Shown here one piece after another: positions 57,174 through 64,000 of a stretch of DNA of 64,000 nt. The translations under genes were made by a program, and so were the position numbers. The notes under the pieces were generated by a model. The model was not told the DNA's origin and ran no database searches. It saw nothing but the letters and a program-made list of their open reading frames with translations. Source of the stretch: a virus (lineage: Duplodnaviria > Caudoviricetes); IMG/VR virus record IMGVR_UViG_3300047160_009226, positions 128,001 to 192,000 of that record. The stretch is one strand, 5' to 3'. How positions within the stretch are numbered: the first letter of the stretch is position 1; each line of letters opens with the position of its first letter.

Positions 57174-57986
57174 TTACACTCCCCTTTCTCGCTCTCTCCT
57201 ACGAAGTTGTGCTTCAATCATTCTCCGGTGAGTCTCCTCACTCACTTTTTTACCTTTCCTAGCTTCACTAAGTTTTTTCTTGTGTTCCTCACTAAGTGGC
57301 TTACCACGACGCGATTCACGAAGTTTCTTTTTATGCTCCTCACTAAGTTTCTTGTTAAGACCCGCCTCTCTTAATTTTTGTTTGTGCTCTTCACTAAGCT
57401 TTTTGCCACGTTGTGACTCACTCATTCTTCTAAGGGTTTCCTCACCATAAACTCTACTACGATTCGATTCACTTATCTTCCTTCGTGCTTCATCCGTATG
57501 CTTCATTCCACGGTGAGCTTCACTAAGCTTTTTCCTGTGCTCCTCACTTAGAAGTTTACCACGCTTAGCCTCACTCAGCTTCCGTCGTATTTCTTCCGGA
57601 TAACGTCTTCCAGCAAGTAATGAATTAAAGCCAAATCGCGGATCAGCAGCTTGATATCTAACAATATGTTCGTCCTCAAGAACTCCCAACAAACTTAAAT
57701 CACATACATATCCCATCACCTCAAACACAAACGCTTCTTCTCCACACTCATTCCACACCCTCTGAAGTCTGTAATTCTTATGCTTATTTAAGTTCAATGC
57801 ACTTCGATGTTGACTCCAACGACTACTAAAATTAATGGTGCTTCCAACATAAACCCGATTATCGATAAGACATCGAATCCAATAAATCCCTGACTCTATT
57901 CTCTGATCACCGATGATCCAAATAGGCAACTCCTCCGAGATCTGCGAAAGATCTGGAGGAGTGTCCGCCCGATGTTCTTCAGTCAT
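57174..57986 (-). CDS. GIY-YIG homing endonuclease with NUMOD3 repeats
   Basis: SGIYWIRCLIDNRVYVGST..RW..H; about seven (L)SEEHxKKLSE(A/S)-type repeats. Confidence 0.95.
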   Translation of the reverse strand: MTEEHRADTPPDLSQISEELPIWIIGDQRIESGIYWIRCLIDNRVYVGSTINFSSRWSQHRSALNLNKHKNYRLQRVWNECGEEAFVFEVMGYVCDLSLLGVLEDEHIVRYQAADPRFGFNSLLAGRRYPEEIRRKLSEAKRGKLLSEEHRKKLSEAHRGMKHTDEARRKISESNRSRVYGEETLRRMSESQRGKKLSEEHKQKLREAGLNKKLSEEHKKKLRESRRGKPLSEEHKKKLSEARKGKKVSEETHRRMIEAQLRRRERERGV

Positions 57987-58003
57987 GGAAAACCTTTGTT
58001 TTG

Positions 58004-58324
58004 CTAATCCCCTCTGCCGAACACCACCTTAAGAACTCCAACTACAAGCAGCACGAAAAACAGGATCGTATGACCAGAAAATCCTGTCCAGTTCTGAAAC
58101 CAAACCAACGGCAGACCTACTGTCAACACTACCAAAAGCAAACCACCACTGCCATAGTCAGTGATAGGCAGACTTCCGTTTTGTTTCCAAGCCTTCTGAG
58201 GATCATAAAACGGACTGTGCGGATTTCTCAGATTAAATGGCGAATCCGAATTGCGGGGATTCAGCAGATCGTCATCCTGTCTCATCGATCTCTCTTTCTT
58301 GGTTAAAACTTGGTTCGGGCTCAT
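58004..58324 (-). CDS. Small membrane protein
   Basis: Two C-terminal hydrophobic segments; N-terminal NPxNxxSPF repeat; has its own promoter motif. Confidence 0.65.
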   Translation of the reverse strand: MSPNQVLTKKERSMRQDDDLLNPRNSDSPFNLRNPHSPFYDPQKAWKQNGSLPITDYGSGGLLLVVLTVGLPLVWFQNWTGFSGHTILFFVLLVVGVLKVVFGRGD

Positions 58325-58340
58325 CGGAGCCCTCTCTAGT

Positions 58341-58366
58341 ACTATACCCCACTCGTCCCGAAATTT
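58341..58366 (-). promoter_or_regulatory. Putative phage promoter AAATTTC-N13-TATAGT
   Basis: Minus strand gag aaatttc gggacgagtgggg tatagta. Confidence 0.75.
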
Positions 58367-58368
58367 CT

Positions 58369-58608
58369 CTATTTTTCCCGTTCCAAAGTATCGGCCAACT
58401 CACCGTGAATACGATTCACGCCACGGTAATCAAAAATGGCCGGTACACCACCCGGCGCTATGTGTACCGCTACCCCATCACGGGTAACTAATGCTCTCGG
58501 AGAATCGACCTCCAACAACCGCCCGCTCACCAACTCAATAGCAAAAGGCTGAAACGGTTGTCGCTGCATAAAAGCATCAACGGCATTCTCAAAATTCTCT
58601 CGCTCCAC
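58369..58608 (-). CDS. Small protein of an uncharacterised family (PFxPFxIxLxSG), possible Sm/Hfq-like fold
   Basis: FENAVDAFMQRQPFQPFAIELVSGRLLEVDSPRAL; GTG start at 58608 after GGGGAGGGG; visibly GC-richer than the flanks. Confidence 0.75.
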   Translation of the reverse strand: MERENFENAVDAFMQRQPFQPFAIELVSGRLLEVDSPRALVTRDGVAVHIAPGGVPAIFDYRGVNRIHGELADTLEREK

Positions 58609-58672
58609 AACAATTCCCCTCCCCCTCAACTCAAGGATTTCTCCATTTTAGAAGTAACGAACCCTCTATGGT

Positions 58673-58698
58673 ACTATACTCTACTCATCCCGAAATTT
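58673..58698 (-). promoter_or_regulatory. Putative phage promoter AAATTTC-N13-TATAGT
   Basis: Minus strand gag aaatttc gggatgagtagag tatagta. Confidence 0.75.
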
Positions 58699-58701
58699 CT
58701 C

Positions 58702-58935
58702 CTACTCTGGCAAAGATTCATGTTTGCATTCGACGGCATCAATAGAACTCAACCTCATCAAGTTGATCCCTTTGCCAGGAATAGCCATGATCAGTAAATT
58801 GGGATAAGAATTTGTAACGAATATCTCAGATCCTTCTGTAATCTGATAAACTTTATTTGCTTTAGTTCTAATGGAATACGGGCGAGTCAAGTCTCCCTCA
58901 AGAATCAGGGTCTTAAAATCAGTAATAGTAGACAC
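58702..58935 (-). CDS. Small protein, probable distant homolog of 58369-58608
   Basis: RPYSIRTKANKVYQI...LMRLSSIDAVE has the same helix plus beta-strand pattern; GTG start with GGGGAG RBS. Confidence 0.65.
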   Translation of the reverse strand: MSTITDFKTLILEGDLTRPYSIRTKANKVYQITEGSEIFVTNSYPNLLIMAIPGKGINLMRLSSIDAVECKHESLPE

Positions 58936-59217
58936 TCAAAAATTCTCCCCGAAAACAGAATGAGACACTCCCTCTAATACTATACTCGACTCAAGCCGGA
59001 ATTTCTCTACTTTTTCCAAAAAAGAAACCCCTTCCAATCCATGGAAGGGGTCCTTGATCTCTCGATCTATTACCAACCATCCATCATCAGTCAGGATCCA
59101 GCACCAATCCCCGTCCTCCTGATATACCACTTCTCCTGGCCCAAAGTGCATATACTGCGTGAATGCGATCATTAGACTGTGAATCTGTGATTCCATATGA
59201 AGGGAGCATAACGTCAT
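58936..59217 (-). CDS. Hypothetical protein (93 aa; start uncertain, competes with overlapping ORF 59087-59314)
   Basis: ORF track; its stop abuts the start of 58702-58935. Confidence 0.45.
   Translation of the reverse strand: MTLCSLHMESQIHSLMIAFTQYMHFGPGEVVYQEDGDWCWILTDDGWLVIDREIKDPFHGLEGVSFLEKVEKFRLESSIVLEGVSHSVFGENF
58979..59004 (-). promoter_or_regulatory. Putative phage promoter AAATTCC-N13-TATAGT inside the 3' end of the upstream ORF
   Basis: Minus strand gag aaattcc ggcttgagtcgag tatagta. Confidence 0.7.
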
Positions 59218-59319
59218 TATACGGATCTAAAATTTCTGGAGCGCCCACCAGATATGGAGGTTTAAAATTCGGATCACAAACTTCAGGATCAAGCTGATTG
59301 ATGATAATCAACATTGGAC

Positions 59320-60201
59320 TTAACTATATCCTGCGTCAGGTACCCCATTTAAGAATATATTAACATACTCTACATAGGCATTTGCTTGATTTGCTACCGC
59401 TGCATTACTAGAAGAAACTTCATAAGTCACCGGAGAATTGCGATCACCATACGTAATGTTTTCAGAGGTCACAACCATCTCAGCATAGTTCACATACCCA
59501 AACCCAATCTTGATCAATGTATAGTAAGATAAGGCAACCGCTGTTGTTAACTGAAGAGTAAATTCCGAGTCAAGTGCCCGATAGTAGGCCGGTAGCATGT
59601 TCGGATTATTAAACCAATATGGTTGTAAGTTGACATTATGGCTCAGACTCCAGGACAATACAAGATCATTTCCAGTCGTCCAGGATGCTACCGGCGTGCT
59701 AACACCTACCGTAGTTATGGGAACCGATGAGTTCACCGCGTCAATCGTCGACTTACCCTCTAGAGTGAACGTAAGTCCAGCATTCTGATTTCCGTTCACC
59801 GAGAACTGGTTCCAAGGTAGGCTGTTCCCGTTCGGATTGTCAAGGAAATAGTTGGCGTTTCCCTGGGAAATGAGCAACTGGCGGAAGTTCACCCCCCGAG
59901 CCGATCCCTTTAAAAGCTCCAAAAGCCCCAAAGTCGCGGCAGTAATCTCACCCCCCACCGACCAGGTAACCTCCCTCGTTCCAGCCGTGTGAATCGCCTT
60001 CTGCTTGGGACCGACTCCAGGAGTAAGTGCGTACTTCGTGTAATTCGGACTTCCGGTGTCATTAAATGATGCGTCAGTAGAGAGTAATGTCTCCATTCCA
60101 CACATAGGATGAATCATCTGCACCAGTCGCCGAAAACCGGCTACTTGTCTTGGATATATGACCGGAGCAACAACTACATTAGGATCAAACGTTTGAGGCA
60201 T
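59320..60201 (-). CDS. Tail tube-like protein (paralog 1)
   Basis: Beta-strand pattern with two tube-like halves (AGTREVTWSVGGEI; SWSLSHNVNLQP...ALDSEFTLQL); location in the tail block. Confidence 0.65.
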   Translation of the reverse strand: MPQTFDPNVVVAPVIYPRQVAGFRRLVQMIHPMCGMETLLSTDASFNDTGSPNYTKYALTPGVGPKQKAIHTAGTREVTWSVGGEITAATLGLLELLKGSARGVNFRQLLISQGNANYFLDNPNGNSLPWNQFSVNGNQNAGLTFTLEGKSTIDAVNSSVPITTVGVSTPVASWTTGNDLVLSWSLSHNVNLQPYWFNNPNMLPAYYRALDSEFTLQLTTAVALSYYTLIKIGFGYVNYAEMVVTSENITYGDRNSPVTYEVSSSNAAVANQANAYVEYVNIFLNGVPDAGYS

Positions 60202-60210
60202 CTATTTTAG

Positions 60211-60834
60211 TTATCTCCTCATCACCTGTGGTTTGATTCCCGTCATCTCTTGGACATGCTTACGAACCGATTGCTCCTTGAGATTTAAAGACATCGCCTC
60301 GTTATAACAATCCATGACCTTCCGGATGACAGCATAAGTTTTAATCGGGATATCCCCGATAGTAGGCCATGCGGGAACACCAAGTCGCTCATGGATATTC
60401 ATCGCTGTGATCACTTCTTCCAGAAGAGGATGAGGATCCCGGACCGAACCCCCATCTTGCCTCCATAACTCCATGCATTCCCTCCCAATCTGATATAAGT
60501 CTCGCCTCGATAATGTACTCGTCTTCAAAAACTGTCTTACCAAGTTCGTTGGAATCATTGCGGGGGCAAATTCCATAATATCTTTGAACGAATCGTCGGA
60601 TAAAAGATTTTCTGAGAACGTCAAGGGTCTTGAGGTCAGGGATGTTTCCGTTAGGAAGATTCGCCATAACTTTTTCTCTTGGGTAAAGAGGTTCTGTTTT
60701 GAACTGCCGAGCCTCTTCCATAAAGATACTGTAGGAAACCTCCATCTCGCAAAATAACGTATAAATCCGAGTTTATCTTTTTCTGACGTGCTCCAAATGC
60801 CCTTCTCTGACCTTGCCCAAACTTCTGTGATCAC
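60211..60834 (-). CDS. Putative tail assembly chaperone (family member C) with C-terminal extension
   Basis: Start moved from 60990 to GTG 60834 (GGAG RBS, GTGA overlap with the upstream stop); WRFP and LLSDDSFKDI motifs; C-terminal IGDIPIKTY segment. Confidence 0.6.
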   Translation of the reverse strand: MITEVWARSEKGIWSTSEKDKLGFIRYFARWRFPTVSLWKRLGSSKQNLFTQEKKLWRIFLTETSLTSRPLTFSENLLSDDSFKDIMEFAPAMIPTNLVRQFLKTSTLSRRDLYQIGRECMELWRQDGGSVRDPHPLLEEVITAMNIHERLGVPAWPTIGDIPIKTYAVIRKVMDCYNEAMSLNLKEQSVRKHVQEMTGIKPQVMRR

Positions 60835-61046
60835 GGTACTCCCAGGTACTCCCATAACCTGTTCATGATCGACTTCCTCACCAGCGTGGGAATCCCCTTG
60901 AAATCCTCCCAGGACTCCACCATGAGCTGATTGTTGGAGTGCTGTAATCTCTTGCAGAAATTGTGCAACTTCCGGTGAGGGGGATTCCATACTCCCATTT
61001 CTCCAATTTCAAGCACAAAGATCGAATTCCTCTCTACAATCATCAC
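60831..61046 (-). CDS. Short partial duplicate of the C-terminal half of 61043-61483 (family member B)
   Basis: FCKRLQHSNNQLMVESWEDFKGIPTLVRKSIMNRLWEYLGVP versus FCKRVSKYNKMLTDESWEDFKRLPPLVRKAIINKLWRSLGGP; coupled by stop/start overlaps at both ends. Confidence 0.7.
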   Translation of the reverse strand: MMIVERNSIFVLEIGEMGVWNPPHRKLHNFCKRLQHSNNQLMVESWEDFKGIPTLVRKSIMNRLWEYLGVP

Positions 61047-61483
61047 GGTCCACCTAAAGATCTCCACAATTTATTAATGATCGCCTTCCTAACCAGCGGT
61101 GGAAGTCGCTTAAAATCCTCCCAGGATTCGTCCGTTAGCATTTTATTGTATTTGCTCACTCTTTTACAGAAACCTTTTAATCGTAGATGAAGATTCCAGC
61201 GGATCAAACATCTTTTAATTCGCCACTCGGAGATCACGTCATTATCTACATAGTGAATCCCCCGAACCTCGTCATAGGTAGTTGCATTCTTCTTGGCGTC
61301 AAGTTCCTCGCTGTACTCAGGATATTCAAATTCGATCGTAAAACCCAGGGTCGATAATTCTTTCCGGGCGACTGGACGCAGTGTCTTATTCGCCATGATG
61401 CGTAAATAGAGCTTAGTCCGGAATCGTTTGCGCTCGACTTCCGGTTTACCATTAGTTTGAGCAGAGAAGTCTTTCCTAATCAT
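61043..61483 (-). CDS. Putative tail assembly chaperone (family member A)
   Basis: Follows the tube-like gene; FEYP and MLTDESWEDFKRLPPLV motifs. Confidence 0.65.
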   Translation of the reverse strand: MIRKDFSAQTNGKPEVERKRFRTKLYLRIMANKTLRPVARKELSTLGFTIEFEYPEYSEELDAKKNATTYDEVRGIHYVDNDVISEWRIKRCLIRWNLHLRLKGFCKRVSKYNKMLTDESWEDFKRLPPLVRKAIINKLWRSLGGP

Positions 61484-61532
61484 AATTAACTCTCAACCTC
61501 TTGAGTAACATACATCTTACTTTTTCATCTTT

Positions 61533-62420
61533 CTAATTAGAACGAGGAAGTGATCCTTGTGCGAAATAGGATGCTTCCCATTTTATCGTTTCGTTCGGAC
61601 CGGCTATTCCAGTAAATTGTCTCTGTGGATCTCGTATCAGATTATCAATAGTGATGGTATCAAGAGGTCCCATACCAGGAGCGACACCAATCTGAAGCTG
61701 TAAAGTTCCTATATCTTTTGGCCTGTTATTGCGTGCTGCAAGCCAGGCAATCGTAAAAGTGATATCAAGATCGCCGGCTGAAATCAATGCAGGGTTAGGT
61801 GGCTGTGTGTACCCCGCTAGAAAATGTTGGTATTGCCATTGATTATTAAAAGTCAAAGACCAATTCATCGGAATCGCATTAGATGTAATTACTGTAAAAT
61901 TAGGAATAGTCTGCCATCCAGCTATGGGCCGATAATTATCACTCATCGGAAATAGCGGAGGTACCGGTTGTCTCTGTAATACTTGTGGTGAAGCCACTTC
62001 CTTCCATACCCACGCTGTCATGTTAATGTTTAAACTGACTAGTGATTCTGGAGAACCCGCTATCGTCAACTCATCGACATACCCTGTTCCACTGTAACCT
62101 TCCCCAACCGCAGGATAAATCTCAAATGAAACCTCTGGAACCATATCCATAAGATTCAAGGTTCTCCATTCGTAAGTCAAAGCCTTAACCAAGGACATTG
62201 TAGCAGGACAGATAAATGTGGCAAAACTTACAGGTAAAGACCTCCTATTCTTAACTGCTAATGGACCTACTGCTAATGCAGGGTTATTGTGATAAGCGCC
62301 CCCCGCTTTAATCACATTTTCACTTTCTGAAGCACTCCCTGGAAGAAGAGGAATAGGTATGCCATTCACAATGGCATAGCCGGAATACCCTAACCCATCG
62401 AAAATATCGGTAGCTGGCAT
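61533..62420 (-). CDS. Tail tube-like protein (paralog 2)
   Basis: Similar length (295 vs 293 aa) and motifs to 59320-60201 (NWSLTFNNQWQ...AGDLDITFTI). Confidence 0.65.
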   Translation of the reverse strand: MPATDIFDGLGYSGYAIVNGIPIPLLPGSASESENVIKAGGAYHNNPALAVGPLAVKNRRSLPVSFATFICPATMSLVKALTYEWRTLNLMDMVPEVSFEIYPAVGEGYSGTGYVDELTIAGSPESLVSLNINMTAWVWKEVASPQVLQRQPVPPLFPMSDNYRPIAGWQTIPNFTVITSNAIPMNWSLTFNNQWQYQHFLAGYTQPPNPALISAGDLDITFTIAWLAARNNRPKDIGTLQLQIGVAPGMGPLDTITIDNLIRDPQRQFTGIAGPNETIKWEASYFAQGSLPRSN

Positions 62421-62429
62421 GATTTACAC

Positions 62430-63224
62430 TCAAGCAGTCCGTGATTTCACCCATAATATCTCTGTTCTACGGCTTTTAGCCCCCTTGAGGGGACTGCTAA
62501 AAGCTGCGATGTCGATCTCTACACGATCCCACCCAGAAAGTTCTTTATCGTACATATGATGTGCATATCCACTCAAGATAACACTTCCCTTCAGGTCTTT
62601 AATTAATCTGAGCAATCGGAGATGATCGAACGATAATAACTCATTGGTATACATATTATGAGCCACTCGCGTTGACCTATAATAAGGAGGATCAAGGTAG
62701 AAAAATGTTTCAGTAGAATCATACTCAAGAATGACGTCGAGAGCAGATTTCGAAACTATTCTCACCCCCTTTAATCTCCGTGCTACAATAGGAATATTAT
62801 AGGGCAGGGTTTCCCAAGATTCCCCTTTCTCATCTGTTTTCACCCAACTCCCACATCCAGAAAACGACATGCGGTGACGAATCAACAAATTCACTGCCCG
62901 TGTCAATTCATCACCTTGACCAATCGCAGATCGGGCAGCTAAAAAAGTTTCCTTCTCCCATTTCGTCTGCCGAATCCTCTCCATTAACTTTTCCGGTGTC
63001 TCAACTAGCACATGATAAAAATTAATGACCTCCTTATTAATATCACACGCAATTTCAATGTCTGATCTGAACTTATTTAGCAGGACACTCAGACCTCCAG
63101 CAAATCCTTCCACGTATGTGGTATGAGGCGGGGACATCTGAAGAATACGTCGACAAATTATGGTCTTTCCCCCGTAATAATTTAAAATGGGGCTAACTTT
63201 TTGAGCTACATAATTCTCAATCAC
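62430..63224 (-). CDS. Dam-like (D12 class) DNA adenine methyltransferase
   Basis: YYGGK, YVEGFAGGLSV, DIN, LDPPY, VILSGY. Confidence 0.95.
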   Translation of the reverse strand: MIENYVAQKVSPILNYYGGKTIICRRILQMSPPHTTYVEGFAGGLSVLLNKFRSDIEIACDINKEVINFYHVLVETPEKLMERIRQTKWEKETFLAARSAIGQGDELTRAVNLLIRHRMSFSGCGSWVKTDEKGESWETLPYNIPIVARRLKGVRIVSKSALDVILEYDSTETFFYLDPPYYRSTRVAHNMYTNELLSFDHLRLLRLIKDLKGSVILSGYAHHMYDKELSGWDRVEIDIAAFSSPLKGAKSRRTEILWVKSRTA

Positions 63225-63329
63225 TTTCCAATCCCTCCAATAAAATTATACCTAAGTAAACAATACATTATCACACTGACATAGAAAACATCCGCAGTCA
63301 TCCACTTGACTAAGCCCCAGGTCAACCCC

Positions 63330-64000
63330 CTAAAACCACCTAGACTTCACCCACACCACCTCGACTCTTTGTGACTTGACCTTATCCGTAGAAGAATTAA
63401 TCGACGTCTCAAAAGAATATTTTTCCCAACCATCAAGCTCTTTATTATAAACTGGATTGTCATACCCACTGATAATGACATTACCTTGACACCTGAGAAT
63501 TCTTTTAAGTAAAAAAAGATGTTGAAAAGCTGTCATCTCATATTCATACGCGTTAGAAGATTGCCTGGTTGAAGGATAATAAGGAGGATCTAAATAAAAA
63601 CTAGTGTTTGGTCCGTCATACCGATCAATTAAATTCAGAGCTGGCTCATTGTAAAACTCCACCCCCTGGAGTCTATAAGCCGTAAACTTGAGATCCTCGT
63701 CAAGATAGCCCCAACCGCTCTTTTTACTCTGCTCACTGATCTTACCAGAGATCTTTGAAAAATAATCGCCCATTCCAGAGGACGACATGCGATGCTTGAT
63801 CAAAAAATTAAGAGCCCTGTCTACGGGATCTGTAGATATCCCCGCAGCCAAGGCTCTCTTGAAGACTTCTTCTCTATATGGGATATCTTTCAGACGATCT
63901 AAGATAACAGAAGAGTAATCCCTAACTGTTTCATAGAGGTGAATAAGTTCGGTGTTGAGATCACCGACTATCTCAGTTCCATACTTACACTTGTTGAGCA
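63330..64000 (-). CDS. Dam-like DNA adenine methyltransferase (5' end beyond window)
   Basis: Frame is open from the window edge (LNKCKYGTEIVGDLNTELIHLY...); LDPPYY, VIISGY; paralog of 62430-63224. Confidence 0.92.
   Translation of the reverse strand, partial: LNKCKYGTEIVGDLNTELIHLYETVRDYSSVILDRLKDIPYREEVFKRALAAGISTDPVDRALNFLIKHRMSSSGMGDYFSKISGKISEQSKKSGWGYLDEDLKFTAYRLQGVEFYNEPALNLIDRYDGPNTSFYLDPPYYPSTRQSSNAYEYEMTAFQHLFLLKRILRCQGNVIISGYDNPVYNKELDGWEKYSFETSINSSTDKVKSQRVEVVWVKSRWF

Larger units (their letters stand above)
1..64000 (-). mobile_element. Segment of a large tailed bacteriophage genome (free phage vs prophage not determinable here)
   Basis: Tail tube-like, tape measure, tail fibre, phage-type replication and nucleotide-metabolism genes and homing endonucleases, all co-oriented. 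No host housekeeping genes, integrase, terminase or capsid gene seen in the window. Confidence 0.92.

Noticed and set aside
57230-57590. Regularly spaced 'ctcactaag' repeats that could look like a CRISPR array
   Set aside because: They are the coding NUMOD3 repeats of the GIY-YIG endonuclease; the repeats are imperfect and no cas genes are present.
59087-59314. Alternative ORF after the tail tube gene and a possible frameshift into 58936-59217 (TTTAAAC present)
   Set aside because: The heptamer is not in the X XXY YYZ register of the 59314 frame, and I cannot tell which of the overlapping ORFs is real; left unresolved.
60835-60990. N-terminal 52 aa of ORF-track call 60211-60990
   Set aside because: Overlaps the 60831-61046 frame, which is clearly homologous to 61043-61483; a better coupled GTG start with RBS exists at 60834.
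1-64000. Diversity-generating retroelement, tRNA genes, PurZ or other base-modification cluster
   Set aside because: No reverse transcriptase, no adenine-specific TR/VR pair, no tRNA-like sequence in the short intergenic gaps and no modification enzymes other than Dam-like MTases were recognised.

Overview
This 64 kb window looks like an internal segment of a large tailed dsDNA bacteriophage genome. Coding density is high, essentially every credible gene lies on the minus strand, and no bacterial housekeeping genes, rRNA, tRNA or CRISPR array were seen. In transcription order (right to left) it holds: two Dam-like methyltransferases; a tail morphogenesis block (two tail-tube-like paralogs, five related chaperone-like genes, tape measure, hub-like protein) interrupted by a GIY-YIG endonuclease and by small genes that each carry their own promoter; an HNH endonuclease and a degenerate third Dam-like gene; very large proline-rich virion-like proteins (1016, 820, 2463 aa) and a paralogous trio (996, 505, 505 aa); dCTP deaminase and a class II ribonucleotide reductase; a replication block (SNF2 helicase, degenerate loader-like protein, DnaB, stand-alone primase zinc finger, family A DNA polymerase split into two genes); three sigma-factor-like genes; a papain-like protease with a membrane-anchored neighbour; and a >1750-codon repeat-built tail fibre ORF that runs off the left edge and is missing from the ORF track. 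The most notable observations are the split PolA with extra domains, a recurring non-canonical promoter (AAATTTC-N13-TATAGT), two small Sm/Hfq-like genes, and the expanded tail-chaperone family. One small gene suggests a Planctomycetota host, but this is an inference. All family assignments are by-eye motif recognition; no database searches were run.
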